In this document: positions 1 to 11,866 of the stretch, piece after piece
How the letters are laid out: each line of letters starts with the position of its first letter
Position numbering within the stretch: the first letter of the stretch is position 1
Assembly (NCBI GenBank): GCA_049455515.1
Contig: JBMTZJ010000001.1
Span: 1 to 43,936, forward strand
DNA: 43,936 nt
Direction of reading: 5' to 3'
From: Steroidobacteraceae bacterium
GTDB lineage: Bacteria > Pseudomonadota > Gammaproteobacteria > Steroidobacterales > Steroidobacteraceae
The notes under the pieces: model-generated
Databases searched by the model: none
What the model saw: the letters and a program-made list of their open reading frames with translations, nothing else
What the model was told of the DNA's origin: nothing
Translations under genes and position numbers: made by a program

Positions 1-53
1 TGGCCCTTACGCCCTTAGCAGGGGCGCGCCTTCGACCACTCGGCCATCTCTCC
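1..53 (-). tRNA. tRNA-Ser (anticodon GCU), 5' portion only; the 3' part runs off the left edge of the window
   Basis: The reverse complement of 1-53 reads GGAGAGA-TG-GCCGAGTGGTCGAAGGC-G-CGCCC-CTGCTAA-GGGCG-TAAGGGCCA. That gives a 7-nt acceptor arm, a long Ser-type D arm, a 5-bp anticodon stem, a 7-nt loop with GCT in anticodon position, and the start of a long variable arm. Its position just downstream of csrA matches the E. coli csrA-serV arrangement. Confidence 0.85.
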
Positions 54-83
54 GCGGCGCGGAGCCGGGATGATACCCGATGG

Positions 84-293
84 TCAGGCCCGCATGCCGC
101 CCTGTTCGCGGGGCGGGTTGTCGGCAGGCCCCTCGGATTTGATCCGCTCGAAAATTTCCTCGCGGTGCACGGCAACGTTCTTGGGCGCGTTGATGCCCAC
201 GCGTACCTGATTGCCCTTGACGCCGAGGATGGTGATCGAGACTTCTTCGCCGATCATGACGGTCTCGCCGACGCGTCGAGTGAGAATGAGCAT
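84..293 (-). CDS. csrA: Carbon storage regulator CsrA/RsmA (69 aa)
   Basis: The internal Met of track ORF 84..530 gives [51 protein letters not shown], the canonical CsrA core. ATG (cat on the plus strand) is at 291-293. Confidence 0.95.
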   Translation of the reverse strand: MLILTRRVGETVMIGEEVSITILGVKGNQVRVGINAPKNVAVHREEIFERIKSEGPADNPPREQGGMRA

Positions 294-462
294 GTGAGCC
301 CCCTTTGAGGCGCTCTTTCGAGGCCGCCGAACTCGGGACACCGCACCCCCTGTGGGATCCCGCCGACGGCCTGACTTCCATGGCAGGCGCCTTCCAGCCC
401 GAAGATAGAAGAATCCGCCGAGGCCGTCTACCGCAATCGACCCGGATTCCCGTTCCCAGGCC

Positions 463-3102
463 TCAGGCCCCCAATTTTTGACGGACGTAGCCGGCGACGC
501 CGGCGAGTGCCGCCTCGAGCTTCGAGGCATCGGTGCCCCCAGCCTGGGCGAAATCGGGCCGGCCGCCGCCGCGGCCCCCGACCTGAGCCGCCACGTGACC
601 GACGATTTCGCCGGCCTTGATACGGCCGATCTCGCCGGCCGTCACCCCGGCCACCAGCAGCACCTTACCCGCGGCATCGACCGAGGCGAGCACGATCACG
701 GCTTTTTTGAGACGGTCCTTGAGTTGGTCGACCGCGTTGCGCAGCGCACCGACATCCGCTCCGTCCACGGTGGTGGAGACGACCTTCAGATCACCGATCT
801 CGACGGCACCTGCGGCAAGGTCGGTGCCCTGCCCCGAGGCGAGCTTATCGCGCAAGGTTCGGGTCTCTTTCTCGAGCTGACGGATGCGTTCGAGCGCATC
901 GCGTACTTTGGTACCGAGATCGTCGCGGCTGCCACGCACGAGCGCGGCGAGATCGCGTACGAGCGCATCGCTCGTCTCGACCTCAGCGAGCGCACCCTCG
1001 CCCGTCACCGCTTCGATGCGGCGCACGCCCGACGCGACACCGCTCTCAGCGATTATTTTGAAGAGACCGATGTCGCCGGCGCGGCCCACGTGTGTGCCAC
1101 CACACAGTTCCATCGAAAACTCACCGATGCGCAGCACGCGCACGTTTGACGTGTACTTCTCACCGAATAGCGCCATGGCGCCAGCGGCGACGGCCTCGTC
1201 GTAGGCCATCTCGCGCGTCTCGGCGGGCGCATTGAGGCGGATCTGCTCGTTGACGCGACGCTCGATGCGTCGAAGTTCGTCGGCACTGACCGCCTGAAAG
1301 TGTGAGAAGTCGAAGCGCAGTCGATCGGGCGCGACGAGCGAACCCTTCTGCTGCACGTGCGTGCCGAGCACTTCGCGCAGCGCCGCATGCAAGAGATGCG
1401 TGGCGGAGTGATTGAGCGCCGTTGCCCGCCGTAGTTTGGCGTCGACCTCGGCGTCGAGCGTCATCCCCTCGCGAATCGGCTGACTGTCGCCGGCCACGCG
1501 CCCAAGATGCGAGTGCGCGCCGCCCGTGCCGCGCTTCTGAGTATCTTCGACGATGAATCGGCAGCCTGCCGCACGAAGCTCCCCGGCATCGCCCACCTGG
1601 CCGCCCGACTCGGCATAGAACGGCGTACGCTCGAGGATGACCTCACCCTGCTCGCCCGCTTTTAATTCTTTGACGAGCACACCGTCGCGCAGCAGTGCGA
1701 TCACGCGTGACTGGTCTCTCGTGCCGTCGTAGCCGCAGAACGTCGTGGCGAGATCGATCTGCGCGCCGCCGCGCAGGTCGACGCCGAAGCGGCTCGCCGC
1801 ACGCGCCCGTTCGCGTTGCGCTTCCATCGCCGCCTCGAACCCTGCGCTGTCGATGCCGACATGGCGCTCGCGCGCGACGTCGGCCGTGAGATCGGCAGGA
1901 AAGCCATAGGTGTCGTAGAGACGAAACACCGTCTCGCCATCGAGCACGCGCGTGGCACCCGCCTTCGCAGGCTGCTTCGCGAGACGATCGAGCGCCTCCG
2001 TCAGCAACGCCATGCCGGTGTTCAGCGTCTCAGCGAAACGCTCTTCTTCTTGCAGCAACACGCGCCGCGCGTGATCGGCTCCGGCGCGCAGCTCGGGATA
2101 CGCCTCGCCCATTTGGGCTTCGAGCGCGGAGACGAGCTTGTGGAAGAACGCGCCGTTGATGCCGAGCTTGTGGCCGTGACGGATCGCGCGACGAATGATG
2201 CGACGCAGTACGTAGCCCCGCCCCTCGTTCGAGGGCAGCACGCCATCGACGATGAGGAAGGTGCACGCACGGATATGATCGGCGATCACTCTGAGCGACG
2301 GATTGCTGAGATCTTGCGTGTCTGCAAGTTTGGCAACCGCGCGCACGATGCCGCCGAAGAGGTCGATATCGTAATTGTTGGTGACGCCCTGCATCACCGC
2401 TGACAAACGCTCTAAACCCGCACCGGTGTCGACCGAAGGCTTCGGCAGTGGCGTCAGCGTGCCGTCGGCCGAGCGCTCGTACTGCATGAACACGAGGTTC
2501 CAGATCTCGACGTAACGATCACCGTCCTCATCGGGCGAGCCCGGCGGACCACCCAGGATGTGCTCGCCGTGGTCATAAAAGATTTCGCTGCAGGGACCAC
2601 AGGGGCCGGTGTCACCCATCGCCCAGAAGTTCGATTTCTCGCCGAGACGCGTGAGCCGATTGGCCGGAACGCCGATTTCTTTGATCCAGATGTCGGCGGC
2701 TTCGTCGTCGTCTTGGTAGACGGTCACCCAAAGGCGGTTCGGGTCGAGCTTGAGTGTGCCCGTGACGAAGTCCCAGGCGAAACGGATGGCATCACGCTTG
2801 AAGTAGTCGCCAAACGAGAAGTTGCCGAGCATCTCGAAAAAGGTGTGGTGACGCGCGGTGTAGCCGACGTTCTCGAGATCGTTGTGCTTACCACCCGCAC
2901 GTACGCAGCGCTGCGAAGTAGCGGCGCGGACGTAGTCGCGCTTGTCTTTACCGAGAAAGACGTCCTTGAACTGCACCATGCCAGCATTGGTGAAGAGCAG
3001 GGTCGGGTCGTTGCCCGGAACGAGCGAACTCGAGGCGATGACGGCGTGGCCGCGAGCCTTGAAGAAGTCGAGGAAGGCGCGTCGCACGTCGGCGGCGCTC
3101 AT
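463..3102 (-). CDS. alaS: Alanine--tRNA ligase
   Basis: The track ORF 463..3354 contains [51 protein letters not shown] plus the C-terminal editing and DHHA1-like regions. I start at ATG 3100-3102 (879 aa, typical AlaS length). An alternative ATG at 3133-3135 ([11 protein letters not shown]...) would overlap the recX stop by 14 nt. The extension up to 3354 is Arg/Pro-rich and lies inside recX. Confidence 0.93.
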   Translation of the reverse strand: MSAADVRRAFLDFFKARGHAVIASSSLVPGNDPTLLFTNAGMVQFKDVFLGKDKRDYVRAATSQRCVRAGGKHNDLENVGYTARHHTFFEMLGNFSFGDYFKRDAIRFAWDFVTGTLKLDPNRLWVTVYQDDDEAADIWIKEIGVPANRLTRLGEKSNFWAMGDTGPCGPCSEIFYDHGEHILGGPPGSPDEDGDRYVEIWNLVFMQYERSADGTLTPLPKPSVDTGAGLERLSAVMQGVTNNYDIDLFGGIVRAVAKLADTQDLSNPSLRVIADHIRACTFLIVDGVLPSNEGRGYVLRRIIRRAIRHGHKLGINGAFFHKLVSALEAQMGEAYPELRAGADHARRVLLQEEERFAETLNTGMALLTEALDRLAKQPAKAGATRVLDGETVFRLYDTYGFPADLTADVARERHVGIDSAGFEAAMEAQRERARAASRFGVDLRGGAQIDLATTFCGYDGTRDQSRVIALLRDGVLVKELKAGEQGEVILERTPFYAESGGQVGDAGELRAAGCRFIVEDTQKRGTGGAHSHLGRVAGDSQPIREGMTLDAEVDAKLRRATALNHSATHLLHAALREVLGTHVQQKGSLVAPDRLRFDFSHFQAVSADELRRIERRVNEQIRLNAPAETREMAYDEAVAAGAMALFGEKYTSNVRVLRIGEFSMELCGGTHVGRAGDIGLFKIIAESGVASGVRRIEAVTGEGALAEVETSDALVRDLAALVRGSRDDLGTKVRDALERIRQLEKETRTLRDKLASGQGTDLAAGAVEIGDLKVVSTTVDGADVGALRNAVDQLKDRLKKAVIVLASVDAAGKVLLVAGVTAGEIGRIKAGEIVGHVAAQVGGRGGGRPDFAQAGGTDASKLEAALAGVAGYVRQKLGA

Positions 3103-3121
3103 GAAGGGCGGCTTGCCTGGT

Positions 3122-3606
3122 TTAGCTGTGCTCATCGGCGGGATTTTCGAGGGTCTCGGGGTCCTGGCCCAGTGCCAGCCGGATATGATCCGATGAAAAG
3201 CCCCGATACTGCAAAAATCTCGCCTGCTTACCCTTTTCGGCCCACGTGGCGGGGGCCTTTTGACCAAACTTCCGTGCCCGGACCTCTCGGCAAAGGGCGA
3301 CATAATCCGGGCCGGCCTCGAGGGCGGTCTCGATGGCCTCGCTGCTAAACCCAATCTGGCGTAACTCTTGACGCATGCGAGCCGGCCCCTGCCCCCGGGC
3401 CGTATGGGCCCGAACGAAGTTCTCGAGGTAGCGGCCGTCGTTGAGCAAGCGCTCGAGACGCAGGGCGTTTAGGGCCTCGTCGATGGCGCCCGCGGTGTAA
3501 CCCTTGGCCAAGAGCTTTTGGGAAAGCTCGAAAGACGAGTAGTCACGACGGCCGAGCAGCAGGAGTGCTGCCCGGCGCGCGGACTCGGGTTGATCGGGGT
3601 GGTCGG

Positions 3607-3610
<4 letters not shown>
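3122..3610 (-). CDS. recX: RecA regulator RecX
   Basis: The 162-aa ORF lies directly after rec[29 protein letters not shown] and the repeated three-helix pattern are typical of RecX. The only canonical start is TTG at 3608-3610, which overlaps the recA TGA stop (TTGA). Confidence 0.85.
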
Positions 3611-4635
<1,025 letters not shown>

Positions 4636-4773
4636 GAATCCCCCACGAAGGAAAACTGAAAAAAGAAGAAGCGGAGTGGGCGGAATTATCCCACACGCGA
4701 ACCGTCGTGGAAGCCTTTAAATCCAGATGTTTGCGTTTATTTCGCGTGCTGTTCACGCGATATACAGGAACGC

Positions 4774-5256
4774 TCAGGAGGCACTACTGTATAAACCGCG
4801 CAGCGCGAAGACGACCGCCTTGCGACGCACCGAATCACGATCGCCGCGAAAGCGTTTGACGACGGCCTTGACGGCGATGCCGCGACCGCGTCGACGAGCG
4901 AACGCAAACCACACGGTGCCTACCGGTTTTCCCGGGACCGCACCACCGGGACCGGCAATACCGCTGATGGCGACGGCCACATTCGCACCGCTACGACGTA
5001 GTGCACTCCGCACGAGCGCGGTGACGACGGGTTCACTCACCGCGCCATGACGCCGTAAGACGCCGGGCGACACGCCGAGATCACGCTGCTTGGCTTCGTT
5101 GCTGTAGCAGACCCACCCCGCGATGAACCAATGGGAGCTGCCGGGAAGATCGGTGAGCGCTTTGGCGAGCCAGCCTCCCGTACACGACTCGGCGGTCGCC
5201 ACGGTTTGACCCGTGGCGCGCAATCGGTGAGCGAGGCGTCGGATGTCCCGTTCCAT
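4774..5256 (-). CDS. pncC: Nicotinamide-nucleotide amidohydrolase, CinA C-terminal domain family (PncC)
   Basis: The 160-aa ORF contains VATAESCTGGWLAKALTDLPGSS and ISGIAGPGG, as in PncC/YgaD. It sits directly upstream of recA, as in E. coli ygaD-recA. Confidence 0.85.
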   Translation of the reverse strand: MERDIRRLAHRLRATGQTVATAESCTGGWLAKALTDLPGSSHWFIAGWVCYSNEAKQRDLGVSPGVLRRHGAVSEPVVTALVRSALRRSGANVAVAISGIAGPGGAVPGKPVGTVWFAFARRRGRGIAVKAVVKRFRGDRDSVRRKAVVFALRGLYSSAS

Positions 5257-5277
5257 GAGGACCGGGACGATAGCAGA

Positions 5278-5868
5278 TCAGCCGGAGGCCGAAGGCGCCT
5301 CAGCGGGTGGCGCCGGCGGACGCTTCTTGAAGACGAGCTTACGGATGATGACGCCGCCTTGATCGGTACGCTCGAGCACGAGATCGACGTCGCGATCTTT
5401 GACGCTGTTGACCATCGCGCGCTCGTTCGAGGCGGCCTCGAAGGTCTTCATGAAATTGTAGAGCCCGCTGAAGAGTCCGACGACCGCCATGACACTGCGC
5501 GTGTTCGACGCGTTCTGGGGTTGGACGATGCCGACGTTGCCACCCTCTTTGCGCAGCGCCGCCAAACGTCGCTCGATGCGCGGCGGAATCGCATTGGGAG
5601 ACACGGGCGAGTAAAACTCCACCTCGACGCTGGCCTCACCCGCTTTTTTGAGTTGGGTGTTGAGGTCGTCGTCGAAGGCCTCGAAGTCGAGGAAGCTGAC
5701 GACGATCGGCGGGCGGGCGGGCGCGACCGGAACGGATTCGGGCTCGACAGGCTTGGTGACGATGTCTTGATCGGCGGCGGGCGCAGCGGCTTCTTGCGAA
5801 GCGCTCGCGACCAAAGGCGCAGCCCATAGTGCGATAAGCGCGAGGGCGATCGTTTGGGTCTTCGACAT
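5278..5868 (-). CDS. Hypothetical exported protein (196 aa), with no family recognised
   Basis: ATG is at 5866-5868 with GGGAG upstream. The N-terminus MSKTQTIALALIALWAAPLVASAS looks like a Sec signal peptide with an A-x-A-type site. A Pro/Ala-rich linker follows, then a roughly 130-aa globular part and a Pro-rich tail. Codon usage matches the neighbouring genes. Confidence 0.6.
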   Translation of the reverse strand: MSKTQTIALALIALWAAPLVASASQEAAAPAADQDIVTKPVEPESVPVAPARPPIVVSFLDFEAFDDDLNTQLKKAGEASVEVEFYSPVSPNAIPPRIERRLAALRKEGGNVGIVQPQNASNTRSVMAVVGLFSGLYNFMKTFEAASNERAMVNSVKDRDVDLVLERTDQGGVIIRKLVFKKRPPAPPAEAPSASG

Positions 5869-6010
5869 GGTGACACTCCCTGAAACACAGACCGATATCT
5901 AAAGAGCGTTGTATCCCCGGAATAATGTTGCCGTCAAATAATCGGCTCCCCGGAATTGGGGAGTCTGCGGCCGGGGAGGTAAACTCGCCGACCTCTTGTC
6001 CTGAGCGCCG

Positions 6011-8662
6011 ATGATGACAGCGTCCGCCGACCATACCCCGGTCATGCAGCAATACCTTCGACTGAAGGGGCAGCATCCGGATGCCCTGCTCTTCTATCGA
6101 ATGGGCGATTTCTATGAGCTGTTCTTTGATGACGCTCGACGGGCGGCGCAACTCCTCGACATTACCTTGACGGCGCGCGGTCAATCCGCCGGAGCCCCCA
6201 TTCCGATGGCCGGCGTACCCGCCCATGCGGTCGAAAACTACCTCGCCCGACTCGTGCGCAAGGGCGAGTCGGTCGCCATCTGCGAACAGATCGGTGACCC
6301 GGCGAAATCAAAGGGTCCCGTCGAGCGTGCAGTCGTACGCATCGTGACCCCGGGCACGGTGACCGATGCGGCGTTGCTCGATGAGCGACGCGAGACGTTG
6401 ATCGCGGCGCTGATGCCGCTCGCAGCCACGAGCGACGCACCCCTCGAGGGACGCTTCGGCCTCGCCTGGCTCGACCTCGGTGCCGGCCGATTTTCCGTGC
6501 TCGAATCGAGCGGTGTGCACCACCTCGCCGCCGAACTCGAGCGCCTGCGCCCCGCCGAGCTGTTGTTGCCCGAAACCTTGAACGTCGCGCTCGATCGCGC
6601 GATGCCGGAGATGCTGGTCGCCACGCTGTCTCCGTCGATACGCCGCGCGAGACCGCCCTGGCATTTCGAGGACGAAACAGCCACCCGAACACTCGCCGAG
6701 CAGCTCGGCACCCTCGACCTGCGCGGTTTCGGCGTTGAGTCGATGCCGCTCGCGGTGAGTGCTGCAGGTGCACTGCTGCAGTACGTCAAAGAAACCCAGC
6801 GGACGGCACTGCCGCATTTGCGCGCGCTGCGGGTCGAACGGCGCGAAGCGACACTGCAAATCGATGCCGCCACGCGACGCAACCTCGAAATCGATACCAG
6901 CACGAGCGGACGCGAAGAGGCAACGCTCGTCGCGCTCCTCGACAGCACCGTCACGGCGATGGGCGCACGCGCCTTGCGACGACACATCAACCGACCCGTC
7001 ACCGATCACGACGAGCTGCGTCAAAGATTGAGTGCGCTCGACGAACTCATCGACGCGGCTCGCTACGAACGTCTACGCGAGGCCTTGAAGCCGATCGGCG
7101 ACATCGAGCGCATTCTCGCCCGCGTCGCGCTGCGCTCGGCAAGGCCGCGTGATCTGACGGGATTGCGCCTCGCCCTGAATGCCCTGCCGACGCTGCGCGC
7201 GTTCCTGGTCACCCTCTCCTCGGCGCGTCTCTCGGCGCTCGCGAGCGCAGTATCCGATCATGCGTCCGATGCTGATTTATTACGACGCGCGATCGCTGAG
7301 GAACCTTCGGCCATGCTTCGCGATGGCGATGTGATCGCGACCGGCTACGACGCCGAGCTCGACGAGCTGCGCCGAATCTCGACCGACACCGATGCCTATC
7401 TGCTCGAACTCGAGAATCGAGAGCGCGAGCGCACGGGTCTCGCGCAACTCAAGCTCGGCTACAACCGCGTCCAGGGTTTCTTCATCGAGATCCCGCGCAG
7501 TCAGGCCGAGAACGTCCCGACCGACTATCTACGCAGGCAAACGGTCAAAAATGCCGAGCGCTTCATCACGCCGGAGCTCAAGAGCTTCGAGGATAAAGTG
7601 CTCGGCGCGCGCGAGAAATCGCTCGCACGCGAAAAAGCGCTATACGACGCACTACTCGATGATCTCTGTCGCCGTCTCGCATCGCTTCAAGAGACGGCCA
7701 GCGCCCTCGCTGAGCTCGATGCGCTCGGCGCGCTGGCAGAGCGAGCCGTCACGCTGCGCTGGGCGGCCCCCACGCTCACCGCTCAACCCGCGCTACGTAT
7801 CACGGGCGGTCGGCATCCGGTCGTCGAGCGTTTCCTCGCCGAGCCGTTCGTGCCCAACGATATCGCGCTCGATGCGGGCACTCGGATGCTCGTCATCACC
7901 GGACCCAACATGGGCGGCAAGAGCACCTATATGCGTCAGGTTGCGCTGATCACGCTGCTCACGCACATCGGCAGCTACGTACCGGCGGACTCCGCGACCA
8001 TCGGGCCGATCGATCGGATCTTCACGCGCATCGGCGCCGGGGATGATCTCGCCGGAGGGCGTTCGACCTTCATGGTCGAGATGACCGAAGCGGCGAACAT
8101 TCTGCACAACGCCTCGACGCGCAGCCTCGTGCTGATGGACGAGATCGGTCGCGGCACAAGTACGTTCGATGGACTATCGCTCGCTTGGGCGACCGCGCGT
8201 CACCTCGCCACCAAGATCGGCGCATTCACGCTGTTCGCAACGCATTATTTTGAACTGACGGCGCTCTCAGCCGAGCTGCCGGGCGTGCTCAACGTGCATC
8301 TCGATGCGACCGAACATCGCCAAGGCATCGTCTTCATGCATGCCGTGAAGCCTGGCCCCGCGAGTAAAAGCTACGGGCTCGCCGTCGCGAAGCTTGCCGG
8401 AATCCCGCGCGAAGTAATCGCCGATGCGAGGCGTTATCTCGGCGCTCTCGAGGCGGAAGCGCGAAATAAGTCTGGTCCTCAAGCGACTCTCGAGCTCGAC
8501 TCGCCGATCGACCGCAATACGAGCACGATGGATGCAGCGGCTTCGACCAGCGACGAGTACGCATCACTTCACGCTGCGCTCGCGACGCTCGATCCCGACT
8601 CACTGACGCCGCGCGATGCGCTGCAAAAGCTCTACGAGCTCAAGAAACTGCTGCCGAGTTGA
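6011..8662 (+). CDS. mutS: DNA mismatch repair protein MutS
   Basis: The 883-aa ORF has the N-terminal mismatch-binding motif [33 protein letters not shown], the Walker A motif [13 protein letters not shown], and the motif [12 protein letters not shown]. Confidence 0.98.
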   Translation: MMTASADHTPVMQQYLRLKGQHPDALLFYRMGDFYELFFDDARRAAQLLDITLTARGQSAGAPIPMAGVPAHAVENYLARLVRKGESVAICEQIGDPAKSKGPVERAVVRIVTPGTVTDAALLDERRETLIAALMPLAATSDAPLEGRFGLAWLDLGAGRFSVLESSGVHHLAAELERLRPAELLLPETLNVALDRAMPEMLVATLSPSIRRARPPWHFEDETATRTLAEQLGTLDLRGFGVESMPLAVSAAGALLQYVKETQRTALPHLRALRVERREATLQIDAATRRNLEIDTSTSGREEATLVALLDSTVTAMGARALRRHINRPVTDHDELRQRLSALDELIDAARYERLREALKPIGDIERILARVALRSARPRDLTGLRLALNALPTLRAFLVTLSSARLSALASAVSDHASDADLLRRAIAEEPSAMLRDGDVIATGYDAELDELRRISTDTDAYLLELENRERERTGLAQLKLGYNRVQGFFIEIPRSQAENVPTDYLRRQTVKNAERFITPELKSFEDKVLGAREKSLAREKALYDALLDDLCRRLASLQETASALAELDALGALAERAVTLRWAAPTLTAQPALRITGGRHPVVERFLAEPFVPNDIALDAGTRMLVITGPNMGGKSTYMRQVALITLLTHIGSYVPADSATIGPIDRIFTRIGAGDDLAGGRSTFMVEMTEAANILHNASTRSLVLMDEIGRGTSTFDGLSLAWATARHLATKIGAFTLFATHYFELTALSAELPGVLNVHLDATEHRQGIVFMHAVKPGPASKSYGLAVAKLAGIPREVIADARRYLGALEAEARNKSGPQATLELDSPIDRNTSTMDAAASTSDEYASLHAALATLDPDSLTPRDALQKLYELKKLLPS

Positions 8663-8685
8663 TCTCGGTCGCTGCGCTCGCGCCC

Positions 8686-10464
8686 TCAGCTCGCGGGCGT
8701 CGGTGCTTGGCGTACGCGAATGTGCAACTCGCGCAGTTGCTTCTCGGAGACCTCGGTCGGCGCGTCGGTGAGCGGGCAGGCCGCCGTCTGCGTTTTCGGG
8801 AATGCGATGACGTCACGGATGCTGTCTGCACCGGACATCAGCATCGCCAGTCGGTCGAGACCGAATGCAATACCACCATGCGGCGGCGCGCCGTACTTGA
8901 GCGCATCGAGGAGGAAGCCGAACTTCCGTCTCGCCTCTTCGGTATCGATACCGAGCAGATCGAAGACGGTGGACTGCAGATCCTGGCGATGGATACGTAC
9001 CGAGCCGCCCCCGATCTCGGAGCCGTTCAGCACCATATCGTAGGCTTTCGCAAGCGCCTTGCCCGGATCGGCGCGTAGCGCCTCGGGGTCGAGATTTTTC
9101 GGTGACGTGAACGGATGGTGCATCGCACTCCAGCGGTTTTCGTCTGCGTCGTACTCGAACATCGGGAAATCGACGACCCAGAGCGGCGCCCACGCGCCCT
9201 GTACGAGTCCGAGGTCGTGCCCGACCTTCAGGCGCAGCGCGCCGAGCGCGTCGTTGACGACTTTCGCGGAATCCGCACCAAAGAAAATGAGATCGTTGTC
9301 GGCCGCTCCCGTGCGCTCGAGGATGCCGGCGACAGCCGCGTCGTCGAGGAATTTGATGATGGGCGACTGCAGGCCATCGCGACCCTTCGCGCGTTCGTTG
9401 ACCTTGATGTACGCGAGGCCCTTGGCGCCATAACGCGCAACATACGCGGTGTAATCGTCGATTTCCTTGCGCGTGAGCTTGCCACCACCCGGGACACGCA
9501 GCGCAACGACGCGACCGTTCGGGTCTTTAGCCGGCCCTGCGAATACTTTGAAGTCGCAGGAGGCGACGAGATCGGCGACGTCGACGAGCTCGAGCGGAAT
9601 GCGCAGGTCGGGCTTGTCGCTCGCATAGCGGCGCATCGCCTCCGCGTACGTCATACGCGGAAATGGATTCGGCAGTTCGATACCCGCGACGCTCTTGAAG
9701 ATGTGGCGGATCAGCCCCTCCATGATCGACATGATCTCGTCCTGGCCGAGGAACGAGGTCTCAATATCGAGCTGTGTAAAGTCGGGCTGGCGATCGGCGC
9801 GCAGGTCTTCGTCGCGGAAACAGCGGACGATCTGATAGTAGCGATCGAAGCCCGAGACCATCAGCAGCTGCTTGAAGATTTGCGGCGACTGCGGCAGAGC
9901 AAAGAATTTTCCGGGATGCGTACGCGACGGCACGAGGTAGTCGCGCGCCCCTTCGGGCGTCGCCTTCGTGAGCATCGGCGTTTCGATGTCGCAGAAGCCT
10001 GCATCGTCGAGGTACTGACGCATCGCCCGCGTGATCTGGTGACGCTGGCGAAGCCGCCGACTCATCTCGTCGCGACGCAGATCGAGGTATCGATATTTGA
10101 GGCGAACCTCTTCCGAGACGTTTTCGTCGAGCTGGAAGGGCAAGGGCTCCGATCGGTTCAACAACTCGATGCGACGGGCGAGCATTTCGATCTTGCCCGA
10201 TGCGAGGTTGGCGTTGGTCGTACCTTCGGGGCGCGCGCGAACGAGGCCCGTGATACTGACCACGAATTCGTTGCGCAACTTCTCGGCCTCGGCGAACACC
10301 TCGGCGGCATCCGGGTCACACACGATCTGCACCAAGCCTTCGCGGTCGCGCAGATCGACGAAGATGACGCCGCCATGGTCGCGACGACGGTGGACCCAGC
10401 CTGCGACGGTGACCGTGCTGCCGATGAGGGTTTCGTTGACGTGCCCGCAGTAATGTGTGCGCAT
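8686..10464 (-). CDS. aspS: Aspartate--tRNA ligase
   Basis: The 592-aa ORF begins [43 protein letters not shown] (OB-fold N-terminus). It also carries the class II motif [18 protein letters not shown] and the C-terminal GLDRL motif. Confidence 0.97.
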   Translation of the reverse strand: MRTHYCGHVNETLIGSTVTVAGWVHRRRDHGGVIFVDLRDREGLVQIVCDPDAAEVFAEAEKLRNEFVVSITGLVRARPEGTTNANLASGKIEMLARRIELLNRSEPLPFQLDENVSEEVRLKYRYLDLRRDEMSRRLRQRHQITRAMRQYLDDAGFCDIETPMLTKATPEGARDYLVPSRTHPGKFFALPQSPQIFKQLLMVSGFDRYYQIVRCFRDEDLRADRQPDFTQLDIETSFLGQDEIMSIMEGLIRHIFKSVAGIELPNPFPRMTYAEAMRRYASDKPDLRIPLELVDVADLVASCDFKVFAGPAKDPNGRVVALRVPGGGKLTRKEIDDYTAYVARYGAKGLAYIKVNERAKGRDGLQSPIIKFLDDAAVAGILERTGAADNDLIFFGADSAKVVNDALGALRLKVGHDLGLVQGAWAPLWVVDFPMFEYDADENRWSAMHHPFTSPKNLDPEALRADPGKALAKAYDMVLNGSEIGGGSVRIHRQDLQSTVFDLLGIDTEEARRKFGFLLDALKYGAPPHGGIAFGLDRLAMLMSGADSIRDVIAFPKTQTAACPLTDAPTEVSEKQLRELHIRVRQAPTPAS

Positions 10465-10519
10465 AAGGGGCGGGGATGTTACAAAGTCGGCCGCCCTGCC
10501 GCCACTGGAAACTCAGTTT

Positions 10520-11866
10520 CTAGGACTTCAGATACCACGCGCGATCGAGTTCGGTCACCTCGGCGGAGAACCGGTCGCACTCTTGGCGCTTGATCGCCAA
10601 AAACACCTTCAAGAAGCCCTCCCCGAGCGTCTCCCGCAGGAATCGGGACCCCGCCGCCCGATCGATGGCCTCTTGCCAGGTCTGGGGCAACTCGCGCGGG
10701 CCGGCGTTCTGCCCATAGCCATTGCCCGTCACCGGCGGACCGGGATCGAGTTTTTGATCGATTCCCTGCTCCAGACCTGCGAGTACGGTGGCCGCGGCCA
10801 AGTACGGATTGGCATCGGCGCCCGCGATGCGATGCTCGACATGACGCGAGCTCGGCGGCCCGACCGGAATGCGCAACGAGACCGAGCGGTTGTTGACGCC
10901 CCAACTCGCGGCGATCGGCGCATAACTTTGACTGCGGAACCGTCGGTACGAGTTTCCGTTGGGGGCGAACACGAGAAGACTCTCGGCCATCGTCGCTTTG
11001 AGACCCCCGATGGCATGCCGAAGCAGCGGCGTCCCTTCAGGATTCTCCGAAGCGAACATATTTTGACCCGCACGGTCTGCAAGACTGACGTGCAGATGCA
11101 TGCCGCTGCCCGCGAGGTCGACGAAGGGCTTGGCCATGAAGGTGACGAGTAATCCGTGACGGGCCGCGACCCCTCGCAGTAGACGCTTCAGCAAGACCGC
11201 CTCATCGACGGCGCGCATCGCATCGTCACGATGCGCCAGCGTGATCTCGAATTGACCCGGCGCGTACTCGGACATCAAGGTTTCGGCGGGAATACCTTGA
11301 GCTCGGGCCGCCGCGTAGACCTCGTCGAATATCGGCGCGAGCTCTTCGAGTCGTGCGAGGCTGTACGCCTCGATACGCCCTGAATCGCGCGCGATCGATC
11401 CTGCGGGGTTCGGCGATGACGTCTCGTTTTCGCGCAGTACGTAGAACTCGAGCTCCACCGCGAGCATCGGACGCAAGCCCCGACCCTGCAGCCGGGCGAT
11501 CGTTCGGGCGAGCACATGTCGCGGATCCGCCGGCGCGGGCTCACCCTGCAGCGAGTACATCGACAGCATGACCTGTGCCGTCGGTCGCGCGAGCCAAGGC
11601 GCACGGGCGAGCGTTCCGGGAACAGGACGGCAAAGAAGATCGGCATCGCCCGTGTCCCACACGAGACCCGTCGCATCGACGTCGGTGCCGGTGATGTCGA
11701 GCCCGAGGATCGATCCGGCGACGGGTCTGCCGTGACGGTAGAGCCGCTCGAGCTCACCCACGCTCGCCGTCTTGCCCCGCGCCACGCCCGACGGGTCGGT
11801 GATGAAGAGCTGTACCGCCTCGATCTCGGGATGCCGCGCGAGAAAATCTTCGAATTCGATGCTCAT
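10520..11866 (-). CDS. Glutamine synthetase family protein, of the gamma-glutamyl-amine ligase type (PuuA/PauA/GlnA3-like); substrate unknown
   Basis: The internal Met of track ORF 10520..12010 starts MSIEFEDFLARHPEIEAVQLFITDPSGVARGK. GS catalytic-domain signatures are present: LAVELEFYVL, MSEYAPGQFEI, GSGMHLHVSL, NSYRRF and VEHRIAGADANPYL. The ATG at 11864-11866 overlaps the upstream gene's stop (ATGA). Confidence 0.85.
   Translation of the reverse strand: MSIEFEDFLARHPEIEAVQLFITDPSGVARGKTASVGELERLYRHGRPVAGSILGLDITGTDVDATGLVWDTGDADLLCRPVPGTLARAPWLARPTAQVMLSMYSLQGEPAPADPRHVLARTIARLQGRGLRPMLAVELEFYVLRENETSSPNPAGSIARDSGRIEAYSLARLEELAPIFDEVYAAARAQGIPAETLMSEYAPGQFEITLAHRDDAMRAVDEAVLLKRLLRGVAARHGLLVTFMAKPFVDLAGSGMHLHVSLADRAGQNMFASENPEGTPLLRHAIGGLKATMAESLLVFAPNGNSYRRFRSQSYAPIAASWGVNNRSVSLRIPVGPPSSRHVEHRIAGADANPYLAAATVLAGLEQGIDQKLDPGPPVTGNGYGQNAGPRELPQTWQEAIDRAAGSRFLRETLGEGFLKVFLAIKRQECDRFSAEVTELDRAWYLKS

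Noticed and set aside
294-462. The 170-nt csrA-alaS spacer, examined for an sRNA, terminator or leader structure.
   Set aside because: I saw only short GC palindromes, such as GGCCTCAGGCC across the alaS stop. There is no stem-loop with a U-tract and no repeated GGA motifs of the kind expected for a CsrA-titrating RNA.
3136-3354. N-terminal extensions offered by the ORF track. They affect alaS (to 3354), sucC (to 23640), rluD (to 19080), ftsA (to 41993), the prolyl oligopeptidase (to 28970), the GS-like gene (to 12010), the 129-aa ORF (to 32595), the GST (from 25631), the carbonic anhydrase (from 30863), pilD (from 23352) and the aldehyde dehydrogenase (to 33764).
   Set aside because: The extensions overlap the neighbouring genes, are Arg/Pro/Ser-rich, and precede internal ATGs that align with the usual N-termini of the families. 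Several of those ATGs also create typical ATGA or TGATG junctions or have Shine-Dalgarno sequences.
4749-4803. Possible LexA/SOS boxes upstream of recA: CTGTTCACGCGATATACAG (4749-4767) and TACTGTATAAACCGCGCAG (4785-4803).
   Set aside because: Both have CTG...CAG ends but the wrong spacing (N13 and N11) for the gammaproteobacterial CTG-N10-CAG box. The second lies inside the pncC 3' end. Neither matches the Xanthomonadales or alphaproteobacterial LexA motifs I know. I cannot call an SOS box without a taxon-specific matrix.
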